Of a stretch of 64,000 bases of DNA, positions 48,118 to 57,033 are shown in pieces (positions within the stretch are counted from its first letter, which is position 1; every line of letters begins with the position of its first letter). Origin of the DNA: Myxococcota bacterium (GTDB taxonomy: Bacteria > Myxococcota_A > Polyangia > Nannocystales > Nannocystaceae). Where the stretch lies: contig JBCCHT010000009.1 of the NCBI GenBank assembly GCA_039028615.1, forward strand, positions 128,001-192,000, written 5' to 3'. The notes beneath the pieces were generated by a model, which was given only the letters and a program-made list of their open reading frames with translations, made no database searches and was not told the DNA's origin. The position numbers and the translations under genes are program-made.

Positions 48118-48993
48118 TTACGGCCAGATGAGGACGACCTTGCGGTCCTGGGCGCGCTCGGACTCGGTGCCGCCCGCACCCGCCTCGAGGCTGCCCTTGG
48201 CCAGCACGCGGAGCTGCTCGCCGGCCACGCCCTGGTCGATGAGGAAGGTGCGAACCGAGCCGCCGCGGCGCTCGGTGAGCATGATGTTGTACTCCTCGGT
48301 ACCCACCGCGTCGGCGTGCGCCTCGAGGATGACCTCCTGGCCTTGCTCGGCGATGCACGAGGCGGCCGCGGTGAGCTCCTCTTGGCTCTTCGGCGTCAGC
48401 TTGTCGCTGTCGAAGGCGAAGTAGACCGCGTCGAGGTTGCAGGGCCCGCCACCCACGGTGCCGCCGCCCGAGAAGATGCACATGCCCCCGTCGCAAATCT
48501 CGTCCATCGGGCACTGGTCGTCGGTGGTGCACTGACCCGCCGCGGCGCAGCGGCCCGTGTCGAAGTTGCAGGTGCTGGGCGAGCACTCGATGTCGTCGGT
48601 GCACATGCCACAGGCACCCGCGGTGCAGACGAGGCCACCGACACACTCGATGGTCTGGGCGCAGGGCGAGCCCATCTCGCCGGGGCCACCGTTGCCGCCC
48701 TGGCCCGCGGCTGCGGCCTCGGCCGGATCCATGCAGCGGAACTCGTGGCAGACCCAGGGGCTCGCGCCGGCCGGGGTCTTGTCGACGCACTCGGCGTCCG
48801 TCTTGCAGTTCTGGCAAGTGCCGTCGACGCAGGTCTCACCCAGCTCTTGCTTGCAGTGCTTGTCCTTCTTGCATTGGGGATAGGGCTTGCTCTTGCAGCC
48901 CGTACCGGGGAACAACAGCATCGCCGCCGCGAAGGCGGTGCCGAGCGACCAATGAAGGCGGGGGAGGGAAAAGGGGAGCGTGGTGTCGAGCAT
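48118..48993 (-). CDS. OmpA/Pal-family lipoprotein with Cys-rich repeats
   Basis: Lipobox GTGC; five four-Cys units; VYFAFDS, HADAVGTEEYN..L.ERR OmpA domain. Confidence 0.88.
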   Translation of the reverse strand: MLDTTLPFSLPRLHWSLGTAFAAAMLLFPGTGCKSKPYPQCKKDKHCKQELGETCVDGTCQNCKTDAECVDKTPAGASPWVCHEFRCMDPAEAAAAGQGGNGGPGEMGSPCAQTIECVGGLVCTAGACGMCTDDIECSPSTCNFDTGRCAAAGQCTTDDQCPMDEICDGGMCIFSGGGTVGGGPCNLDAVYFAFDSDKLTPKSQEELTAAASCIAEQGQEVILEAHADAVGTEEYNIMLTERRGGSVRTFLIDQGVAGEQLRVLAKGSLEAGAGGTESERAQDRKVVLIWP

Positions 48994-49191
48994 GGATCTT
49001 GGTGGCCGGGGGTGTGAGCCAAAGAGTGCCCGACCCTCGCGCGCCCGTCGACGGTCGGCGGCGTCCCGTGATGCGAAATTTCTGGCGCAGGGCGTCCGAA
49101 ACGGGGAACCAGGCCGCTGGAGCGGTTTTTTTCCCGGGGTCGATGGACCCATTGGGGCGCTACGCCACGCCCCCTGATATCGTCCCTGGCC

Positions 49192-49698
49192 ATGCGGAAG
49201 TACAGGCAGGGCCTGACATTGGCTCTTGGTTGGCTCTTGGTCGGTTGTGGCGACGACGGGGGGTCGGTGGAGATGGGTAGCACCGGAATCGAAGCCAGCA
49301 GCAGCAGCGGAGAAGAACCCTTGCCCGAGGCACCCTTGGCCATCGGCGAGATCGACATCGCCACCGGGTGCGCGTTGGAGGGGGCGACCCGGGTGGAGCT
49401 GCATGCCACGCGAGTCGGCTGCGTGAACCCACCACCCGCGCCCTGCACCGTCACCGAGCCGCCGCGGTCCGATGCGGGCGAGGGCGTCGATTGCCCCGCG
49501 GCCGCGTCCGAGACGCTCTACGTCGAGATTCCCATGGCCGGCCGCTATCACTTCGAGGCGGTGACCTTGGCGGGCGAAGAAGAGCTGTCACGCGAGTGCT
49601 ACGGCCGCGACGGTGAGGCCGAAGTCCTGGTGACCGCCGACGAGATCGAACAAAACGTCATGGTCGCGGTCGAGTCGCTCGACGGCTCAGCCTGTTGA
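49192..49698 (+). CDS. Hypothetical lipoprotein
   Basis: Lipobox LLVGC; acidic, several Cys. Confidence 0.75.
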   Translation: MRKYRQGLTLALGWLLVGCGDDGGSVEMGSTGIEASSSSGEEPLPEAPLAIGEIDIATGCALEGATRVELHATRVGCVNPPPAPCTVTEPPRSDAGEGVDCPAAASETLYVEIPMAGRYHFEAVTLAGEEELSRECYGRDGEAEVLVTADEIEQNVMVAVESLDGSAC

Positions 49699-50022
49699 GC
49701 TCGTGTCTTCCTGCGTGTGCAGGTCGTCTTCGGGACGCAGGGGCGACGGGCATAGCTGGTAGACGCTGTTGCGGGTCTGGACGTACAGGGACTTGTGCTC
49801 GCCCGCCTGCAGGATTCGCAAGATCCGGGTGGTGACGCGCGGCCGCCCCTGCGTGTCCACCAGCGTCATCGGTCGGCCTACTTTCGGTGGCCACAGTAGC
49901 CAGACGGTGCGCGGCGCAAACCGTCGGCGCTGCTGCCGGTTGGACTTCGTGCGCGTCCGCGTCGTCAGGTAGAAAGTCACGAGAACGAGAGGGCCTCGCT
50001 GTCGAAAGCGTGCACGGTTCAT
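49687..50022 (-). CDS. Small basic hypothetical protein
   Basis: Coding-like codon bias; P.VGRPM..T.RILR..LYVQTRNSVYQL motif. Confidence 0.6.
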   Translation of the reverse strand: MNRARFRQRGPLVLVTFYLTTRTRTKSNRQQRRRFAPRTVWLLWPPKVGRPMTLVDTQGRPRVTTRILRILQAGEHKSLYVQTRNSVYQLCPSPLRPEDDLHTQEDTSSTG

Positions 50023-50206
50023 GCCGAATTGCGCTCGCCCGAGCAGAGGTCATGCGTCGACGCCGAGCCCGCGGCTCGACTGCGAGTTTGGCCTGAGCGC
50101 CAGCGCACGATTTGCCGACGCCCGTACGAAATCGGGACTCTCGTAGGCCTCGGGCCGTCCCTGGGGCCAGGGGGCCGCTGCCTCGCGCCGTCACGGGCTC
50201 CTGCGT

Positions 50207-51604
50207 ATGATGCGGCTGCGCGTGAGAGCCGACGAACAGATGGCCCGCCGACGAACGGGCATCGTGGTGGCGGTGTTCTCGGCGGTGCTGTTCGTAGTGC
50301 TGTTCATCGTGGGGCAGGCCCGCGGCATGTTCACCCCCAAGGTGCAGGTCATCACTGATTTCGTGATGACCTCGGGGCTACGCGAAGGAAGCCCAGTGCA
50401 GCTGGCCGGGGTGGCGATTGGGCGGGTCAGCGGCATCGACTACGTCGACGTGCGCTATCGCTGCGACCCGGCGACCGAAGACATCGGTCGCTACGGCACG
50501 GGCCGCACCGACAATTGTGACAAGCGCCTGTTCTGCACGCCCTCGGCGGAGTGCGGCGAGCTCGAGCCCATGGCGGACGGCTTCGGCTACGGGCGCTGCG
50601 TCGACGATCGCGACTGCAGCGAAGACGAGATCTGCGTGACGACCGAGTTTCGCCGTCGCGAGCCCCGGGTGCTGTGGATGGGCCCGCACGGCGTCTGTGC
50701 GCGCTACAACACCTTGCACCATCGGGTGCGTGTCGAGATGACCCTCGAGTCGGAGCACCTCGAGCTCATTCGTCGCGACAGCCGGGCCTCGATCTCGGCC
50801 AACAGCGTGCTGGGCGATCAGCTCATCAACATCACGCCCGGCATCGGCGACGCGGTGGAGGAGGGCGAGCGCATCCTGTCCGACCCCTCGCTGGCCGAGG
50901 ACATCGACCTGTATCGCAAGCGACTCGAGCGGGCGATGGAGCAGGTCGACGAAGCCCTGGCGGCGGTCACCGGCTTGGTGGCGAACCTCGGCGACCGCCG
51001 CACGATCAAGGCCATCTCCGGGCTGGCGCGCAACTTGGAGCAGATCAGCGAGCAGGTGGCGGCCCAGCGGGGCCTCATCGGTGCGCTGATCGGCGAGCCC
51101 AAGTACAAGGTCGACTTCGGCGTCATCCTGCATGCGATCGGGCTGTCGGCGGGCGGCGTCGATCGCTTCGTCGGCAAGGGCAACTCGATCCTCGGCACCG
51201 TCGATCGCAACCTCGACCCGCTGCTGGCCGACGTCCAAGCCACCACCCACGTGCTGCGAGAGCTGCTCGAGGACCTGCGGGACCCGGCCAACCGCAGCGT
51301 GGTGGCCAAGCTCCTCGACGACCCCGACGGCGACATCGTGGCTGCGCTGGAGGGCATCGTGGCCCAGACGGCGGCGCTCACCGATGCCGTCTCCAGCCTG
51401 ACCACGGCCATCGACGACGAGAAGGGCACCATCGGCAAGCTGGTGGCCGACCCCAAGCTCGCCGCCGACCTCGGCCGCCTGCTCTCCAACCTCCGCGACA
51501 AAGAGGGGCTCACGCGCCTGTTGCTGTGGGCGGCCGAGCAAAAGGGCGTGGGGGTCAAGGCGTCGCGTAGCTCGGCGCGACCGAGCCGCGCCCGGACCCA
51601 GTGA
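50207..51604 (+). CDS. MlaD/MCE family protein with Cys-rich insertion
   Basis: N-terminal TM, SGLREGSPVQLAGVAIGRV, IRRDSRASI..SVLGDQLINITPG, GTIGKLV.D helical tail. Confidence 0.88.
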   Translation: MMRLRVRADEQMARRRTGIVVAVFSAVLFVVLFIVGQARGMFTPKVQVITDFVMTSGLREGSPVQLAGVAIGRVSGIDYVDVRYRCDPATEDIGRYGTGRTDNCDKRLFCTPSAECGELEPMADGFGYGRCVDDRDCSEDEICVTTEFRRREPRVLWMGPHGVCARYNTLHHRVRVEMTLESEHLELIRRDSRASISANSVLGDQLINITPGIGDAVEEGERILSDPSLAEDIDLYRKRLERAMEQVDEALAAVTGLVANLGDRRTIKAISGLARNLEQISEQVAAQRGLIGALIGEPKYKVDFGVILHAIGLSAGGVDRFVGKGNSILGTVDRNLDPLLADVQATTHVLRELLEDLRDPANRSVVAKLLDDPDGDIVAALEGIVAQTAALTDAVSSLTTAIDDEKGTIGKLVADPKLAADLGRLLSNLRDKEGLTRLLLWAAEQKGVGVKASRSSARPSRARTQ

Positions 51605-51678
51605 CCGCCATGGCCGCGTCGAGGCGCGAGTGCGCGCGGTTGGGGGGGGCCGCCGTGAGATCGGCGCGCCAGGCACGG

Positions 51679-51728
51679 TTGTCGGATACCCCTAGGGGGT
51701 ATATGGTTTGCATACCCCTGGGGGGTAT
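51679..51728 (+). promoter_or_regulatory. Sigma70-type promoter overlapped by two CsoR operators
   Basis: ATACCCCTAGGGGGTAT (51686-51702) and ATACCCCTGGGGGGTAT (51712-51728); TTGTCG-N17-TATGGT. Confidence 0.85.
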
Positions 51729-51733
51729 CCGTC

Positions 51734-52024
51734 ATGCTCGACGAACCGGGAAAAAAGAAGCTCCTGACTCGCTTGCGCCGTATCGAGGGCCAGGTGGGGG
51801 GCCTGCGCCGCATGCTCGAACAGGACGACTACTGCGTCGACGTGCTGCTGCAGATCAGCGCCGCCCAGGGGGCTCTGGGCAAGGTGGGGCACATCCTGCT
51901 CGAGTCGCACATTCGGCACTGCGTGCAAGAGGCGTTCACCCACGGTGACGCCGGGTCCCGCGACGAGAAAATCGACGAACTCATGGAAGTCTTCTCCCGC
52001 TACGGCGGACGGGCATCGAGGTGA
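51734..52024 (+). CDS. csoR: Copper-sensing repressor CsoR family
   Basis: RLRRIEGQVGG, YCVDVLLQISA, LESHIRHC (C-H-C ligand set). Confidence 0.93.
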   Translation: MLDEPGKKKLLTRLRRIEGQVGGLRRMLEQDDYCVDVLLQISAAQGALGKVGHILLESHIRHCVQEAFTHGDAGSRDEKIDELMEVFSRYGGRASR

Positions 52025-52027
52025 GCC

Positions 52028-53251
52028 ATGGCGCTGTGGCACGCGATTTGGGCGACCCTGCTCGAGCTTTCGCCCTGGCTGTTGCTGGGAGCGGTGGTGG
52101 CCGGGGTCCTGCACCGGGTGCTGCCACCCGGCTTCATCGGTCGGCACCTGGGCGGGCGCGGCGGCGTGCTCAAGGCGGTGGCCTTGGGGGTGCCCTTGCC
52201 GCTGTGCTCGTGCGGCGTGATTCCGGCCGGTCTCGGCTTGCGGCGTGACGGCGCCAGCCCGGGCGCATCGGTCGGCTTTCTCATCAGCACGCCGCAGACG
52301 GGGGTCGACTCGATCCTGGTCTCCGCGTCGATGCTCGGGTGGCCCTTTGCGCTGCTCAAGCTCGCGGTTGCAGGCGTGACGGGGCTCGTCGGGGGCTGGC
52401 TCACCGATGCCACGGGGGCCGGGGACGACGATGCCAGGCCGTCCGGGTCGGGCTCCGAGGCTGCGACCGAAGGTCCCCGTAGCGTTCGCGCGGCCGTCAA
52501 TCACGGGGTCGACGTCCTGCGCACCATTTGGCGTTGGCTCGTGTTCGGCGTCGTCGTCTCGGCCCTGATCACCACCTTCGTCCCGCCTTCGGTCTTCGCC
52601 TCGTTCACCGGTTCGGGGGAGCTGGTGTCCCTGGTGGCGGTGCTGCTGCTGGCGCTGCCTCTTTATGTCTGCGCGACCGCGTCGGTGCCCATCGCGGCCG
52701 CCCTGGTCGCCGGGGGCTTTCCTCCGGGGGCGGCGCTGGTCTTCCTCATGGCCGGCCCCGCCACCAACCTCGCCACGCTCGGGGCCGTGCATCGCGGGCT
52801 GGGCCGGCGGGCGCTGGTGATCTACGTGGCCACCATCGTCGCCGGCAGCATCTCGGCCGCCGTGCTCTTCGACTTCGTGCTCACGGGCACCGCCGCCGTC
52901 GCCCACGTGCACGCCGAGCATGCGTCGCCCGTCGCCATCGCCTCTTCGGTGCTCTTGCTCGGGCTGCTGGCCTGGTTCGCCTTCGAGGATCTTCGCGCGT
53001 GGTGGCCTCGCGGGGCATCGCCCACGGTCGAGGCGGCGGTCGTCGAGCTTCCGGTGCAGGGCATGACCTGCGGCGGCTGTGCCAATCGCCTGCAGCGAGC
53101 CTTGCTTGCGGATCCAGGTGTAGTGGAAGCCACGGTGGATCTCGAAGGCAAGCGAGCTACGGTACGCACCACCACGTCCGGGTCACGGATTCGCGACATC
53201 GTGGAGGAGGCCGGCTTTCAGCCGGGAGAAGCGAGCCTGGTATCCTCCTAG
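52028..53251 (+). CDS. DUF318/ArsP-like metal permease fused to C-terminal HMA domain
   Basis: PLPLCSCGVIP, STPQTGVDS, YVCATASVP, AGPATN; GMTCGGC HMA motif. Confidence 0.9.
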   Translation: MALWHAIWATLLELSPWLLLGAVVAGVLHRVLPPGFIGRHLGGRGGVLKAVALGVPLPLCSCGVIPAGLGLRRDGASPGASVGFLISTPQTGVDSILVSASMLGWPFALLKLAVAGVTGLVGGWLTDATGAGDDDARPSGSGSEAATEGPRSVRAAVNHGVDVLRTIWRWLVFGVVVSALITTFVPPSVFASFTGSGELVSLVAVLLLALPLYVCATASVPIAAALVAGGFPPGAALVFLMAGPATNLATLGAVHRGLGRRALVIYVATIVAGSISAAVLFDFVLTGTAAVAHVHAEHASPVAIASSVLLLGLLAWFAFEDLRAWWPRGASPTVEAAVVELPVQGMTCGGCANRLQRALLADPGVVEATVDLEGKRATVRTTTSGSRIRDIVEEAGFQPGEASLVSS

Positions 53252-53267
53252 CCGCTTCCCCGCCATC

Positions 53268-54449
53268 ATGAGCGTCCTCGATTCACTGCCTCGGCTCCCG
53301 ATTTCGGTGAGCCCCCTCGTCGCCGTTCGTGGTGCTTGCCTCGGGCTCGCCATGGGCCTGCTCTCGCTGGGCTGCGGCCCCAAGCTCCAGGTCACGCGAC
53401 TCAACTCCGACCACAAGAAGCCGAACAACGTCTGGGTTTTCTTCACCGTCGAAGAAGGCGAGGAGCCCGTCGCCGAGCTCACCGCCGAAGACTTCGCGAT
53501 CTACGAAGACGAGAAGCTGGTCTCCACCTTCGAGAGCCAGCAGACCATCCAGAACCCCGAGGTCGCAGCTGTCATGTACACGCTGCTGCTGCTCGACATG
53601 AGCGGCAGCATCACCGAGTCGGGCTCCGCCGACATCGTGGTCGATGCGGCCAAGAGCTTCGTCGAGCGCGTGGGCAAGTCCCAGAAGGTCGCGGTCTTCG
53701 CCTTCGACGGTGACAAGAAGATCCGCTCCGTGGTGCGCTTCACCGAGGCCAAGGGCTCGGTCGAAGGCGGGCTCGAGGGGCTGCGTAGCTACAAGGCCAA
53801 GGACCCGTCCACCAACCTGCACGGGGCCGTCGTCCAGGGGCTCGATGTCCTGCGAAAGGCGCTCGACAAGGACAAGCGCCCGCTCAAGTTCGGCACCGTC
53901 GTCGTGTTCTCCGATGGCACCGACCGCGCCGCTCGGGTCACCAAAGAAGAGATGACCGAGGCGCTCGGCCAGTCCGACTATCGCGACTTCGAGATTTTCG
54001 CCATCGGCGTGGGCGGGGAGATCGAGGAACAGAGCCTCGGCGAGATCGGTCGCGATGGCACCGAGCTGGTCGAAGACGGCAGCAACGTCCAGGAAGCGTT
54101 CGAGCGCGTCGCCAGGCGCATCGAGGCCCACGCCAAGCGCTTCTATTTGCTGTCCTACTGCACGCCCGCCCGCAACGGCGAGCACACCGTGCGCATCGAG
54201 GCCCAGGCCGATCGCAACGCCAAGGGCCGCGCCCGCAAGACGGGCAGCGTGTCATGGACCTTCGATGCGACCGGCTTCGGCCCGCCGCCCGCGTGCGACC
54301 CTTCGCGCAAACCAGCGTTCAAGCTCGACGCGAACCTGGTTCCCGACGACGAGGCCGAAGAAGACGACGGGAACGACGGCGGCCGCGGCAAGGGACGAGC
54401 CAAGGGCGGCTTCTCGTTCGGCAAGCCGGCCTCGCCCGGCGGTGAGTAA
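53268..54449 (+). CDS. VWA domain lipoprotein
   Basis: Lipobox LSLGC; LLLDMSGS MIDAS, TNLHGA, VFSDGTD. Confidence 0.88.
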   Translation: MSVLDSLPRLPISVSPLVAVRGACLGLAMGLLSLGCGPKLQVTRLNSDHKKPNNVWVFFTVEEGEEPVAELTAEDFAIYEDEKLVSTFESQQTIQNPEVAAVMYTLLLLDMSGSITESGSADIVVDAAKSFVERVGKSQKVAVFAFDGDKKIRSVVRFTEAKGSVEGGLEGLRSYKAKDPSTNLHGAVVQGLDVLRKALDKDKRPLKFGTVVVFSDGTDRAARVTKEEMTEALGQSDYRDFEIFAIGVGGEIEEQSLGEIGRDGTELVEDGSNVQEAFERVARRIEAHAKRFYLLSYCTPARNGEHTVRIEAQADRNAKGRARKTGSVSWTFDATGFGPPPACDPSRKPAFKLDANLVPDDEAEEDDGNDGGRGKGRAKGGFSFGKPASPGGE

Positions 54450-54486
54450 CACCTCCGGCTGAACGGCCCCGTGGTACCGTCAACCG

Positions 54487-55710
54487 GTGACGTCGATCCG
54501 GGCACCGCGGCACGGGGTGACCGGGCTCGGCCTCGCGCTCGTCGTCGTTTCGACGCTGGCCGATCCGCTCGGTCTATCGTCGCAGCCGGGCTTCGGGAGC
54601 GTTCAGGTCGCGGGGCTCTTGGCGGGCCTGGTGCTGGTCGGATGGGGCGCGACGGCGGGGCACACCAAGCTCCGCGGCGCTCGCAATCGAGTGCTGCTCG
54701 CCGTGGGTTCTGTGTACTTCACGCTGTGGGGTATCGAGCTCCTGTTTACCTATCCCCTCAACCCGCGGCTGCACGTCAAGATGCCGATCCTGGGCCTGCA
54801 CGGGCTGTACGAGATCGGGGACCAGACGGCCTACCGGATGACCCCGCACTATCGGGGGACCTTCGACGATGGCGTCGTCTCGGTCCCCGTGGTGACCAAC
54901 TCGCGCGGTGACCGAGACGACGAGCCACGGCCCGACGTCCCCGAGTCACGGCGGGTGCTGCTGCTGGGCGACTCGCAGACCTGGGGGCATGGACTCACCG
55001 GGGCCGAGAGCGTCGACGCGCGGATCGAGCATCACTCGCAGACGGGGCTCGATGCCTACAGCGTCGCGGTGCCGGGCTACGGCGCGGGCGACAGCTTGGC
55101 GCGGTATACCGAGACCGACTGGTGGCGTGGACCCACCGTCGTGTACGTGTTCTTCGCCAACGACCTCCAGAACGACAACGTCGACCCGGGGCGCATGACC
55201 GTGTACTCGGGGTACCCGGTGCCGGTCCATCGTCCCGACGGGGTGCCCTATACCGAGCAGGAGTGGGACCAGATCATCGAGATCACCCGCAAGCACGGCC
55301 ACATCAGCGGCGAGCAGAACCCGCTGCGGCTGACCTTCACCTTGGTCCGGCTCCGCACGATGCTCGCCCGTGCGCTCGACCGCAACGCGCGGCTCATCGG
55401 CTACTCCGATGAGCACTTCGGCCCCGACAACGTGAAGATCGCCCTGGGCTACACCGAGCAGATGAGAGCGCTCGCGCGAGAGCGCGGTGCCGCGTTCAGG
55501 GTCGTCGTCCTCCCCGCGGTGGGCGAGGCGATGGCCGACGAGTACTCGGACTGGACCCGGGAGTACGTCGACGGCTTGGCCGCGGGCGGGTTCGACGTCC
55601 TCGAGGTCATCGAGGCCCTCGATTCATCGCACTACTTCGGCCACGACCCCCACATCAATGCGGCGGGGGCGGATCGGTTGGCCCGGGCGATCGTCGCGAG
55701 CGTGGAGTAG
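54487..55710 (+). CDS. Membrane-anchored SGNH hydrolase family protein
   Basis: TM segments; TNSRGDRD, LGDSQTWG, PGYG, FFAND, DPHINAAG. Confidence 0.82.
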   Translation: MTSIRAPRHGVTGLGLALVVVSTLADPLGLSSQPGFGSVQVAGLLAGLVLVGWGATAGHTKLRGARNRVLLAVGSVYFTLWGIELLFTYPLNPRLHVKMPILGLHGLYEIGDQTAYRMTPHYRGTFDDGVVSVPVVTNSRGDRDDEPRPDVPESRRVLLLGDSQTWGHGLTGAESVDARIEHHSQTGLDAYSVAVPGYGAGDSLARYTETDWWRGPTVVYVFFANDLQNDNVDPGRMTVYSGYPVPVHRPDGVPYTEQEWDQIIEITRKHGHISGEQNPLRLTFTLVRLRTMLARALDRNARLIGYSDEHFGPDNVKIALGYTEQMRALARERGAAFRVVVLPAVGEAMADEYSDWTREYVDGLAAGGFDVLEVIEALDSSHYFGHDPHINAAGADRLARAIVASVE

Positions 55711-55723
55711 GCCTCGCGCGCGT

Positions 55724-56941
55724 CTAGGCGGCGTGGACCCGAACGGCCGCGCGAGCCTGCGCCTTGGCTTCGGCTTGGGCGTTGCGCCACGCTTCGATGA
55801 GCTCCGTTTCACGCTCGCGGCTGATGCCCGCGCGCATCGTGCCGCGGCGCTCCTCGGGTTGCTCTCGCCACCAGGCCAGCGTGTCGCGGACCGTCTCTTC
55901 CAGGCTGCGCGTGGTGAGGCCGGTGTCCTTGGCCCGCGTGGCGTCGATCTGGGCGAAGCCTTCGTAGCCCTCGGCCCCGGGCGGCACCCACACGGGCATC
56001 TGCATCCACGGAGCGACCTCGTTGGCCTCGAGGAACTCCTTGTCGGCCCACACCAGCGAGCCCTTGGTCTGGGCCTGGGCGAGGCAGGTCTCGAGCAAGG
56101 CGCCGATGGTGGTGGGAGGGAAGGGGCCCACCAGGTTGTAGACGCCGGTATGGACCTGCTCGAGGGCGCCGATCATCCACGCCGCCAGATCCCGTGCATC
56201 GATGACCTGGATGGGATCGTCGGGCGTGCCGGGGCTGAGGATCTCGCCGCCCTGGTCGATGCGGGCGGGCCAGTAGGTGAAGCGATCGGTGGGATCGCCC
56301 GGGCCCACGATGAGCCCCGGCCGAACATTGGTGGCGCGCCCGGGCAGGACTTCCTCGACGGTGGCCTCGCACGCGGCCTTGAGCCCGCCGTAGAACTGCG
56401 GGACGTCCTCGACGGTGGGGTCTGCGAGCGTGGCGGTGGGGTAGGTCTCGTCGATGCCGAGCTTGGTGAAGTCGGCGTAGGCGGAGACGCTGGACACGAA
56501 CAGGTATTGACCCACGTTGGGCGCGAGTAGCTCGGCCGACTGCCGCACCACCCGGGGCACGTAGCCCGAAGTGTCGATGACCGCCCGGAACCGCCGACCC
56601 TTCAGCGCATCGAGCTTGCCGTCGCGGTCGCCCTTGAGTTTCTCGAGGTCGGGGAAGAGCCCGGGGTTGGTCTTGCCGCGGTTGAACAGCGTCACCGTCC
56701 AGCCCTGGGCGAGGGCCGCCTCGACCACGTGAGGACCCAGGAATCCGGTGCCACCCAGCACCAGGAGGCTCTTTTCGGCGAAATCTTCGGGGCGCGGTGC
56801 GGCCGGGGCTGGGGCAGCCGCGGTCCCGCCCGCATCGGGGGTCTGCGAGGCGGGCGATTGATCACGCCGGCAACCGAGCGTCAGCAGGCCGGTGGTGCTG
56901 CAGGCCAATCCTCCGAGGAACCGTCGTCGTGTGCTTCGCAT
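55724..56941 (-). CDS. NAD(P)-dependent epimerase/dehydratase (atypical SDR) with Tat lipoprotein signal
   Basis: MRSTRRRFL..LTLGC; LGGTGFLG, FNRG, YGGLK, RPGLIVGPGD.TDRFTYW. Confidence 0.9.
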   Translation of the reverse strand: MRSTRRRFLGGLACSTTGLLTLGCRRDQSPASQTPDAGGTAAAPAPAAPRPEDFAEKSLLVLGGTGFLGPHVVEAALAQGWTVTLFNRGKTNPGLFPDLEKLKGDRDGKLDALKGRRFRAVIDTSGYVPRVVRQSAELLAPNVGQYLFVSSVSAYADFTKLGIDETYPTATLADPTVEDVPQFYGGLKAACEATVEEVLPGRATNVRPGLIVGPGDPTDRFTYWPARIDQGGEILSPGTPDDPIQVIDARDLAAWMIGALEQVHTGVYNLVGPFPPTTIGALLETCLAQAQTKGSLVWADKEFLEANEVAPWMQMPVWVPPGAEGYEGFAQIDATRAKDTGLTTRSLEETVRDTLAWWREQPEERRGTMRAGISRERETELIEAWRNAQAEAKAQARAAVRVHAA

Positions 56942-57033
56942 ATCGTCTCCGCGCCGGCCTTGGACCCGCGGTCCCCCGGTCGTAGTTTCGTCGCCGACCG
57001 AAACTACCGCGCGATCGTGGTAGTCCAAAGCCC

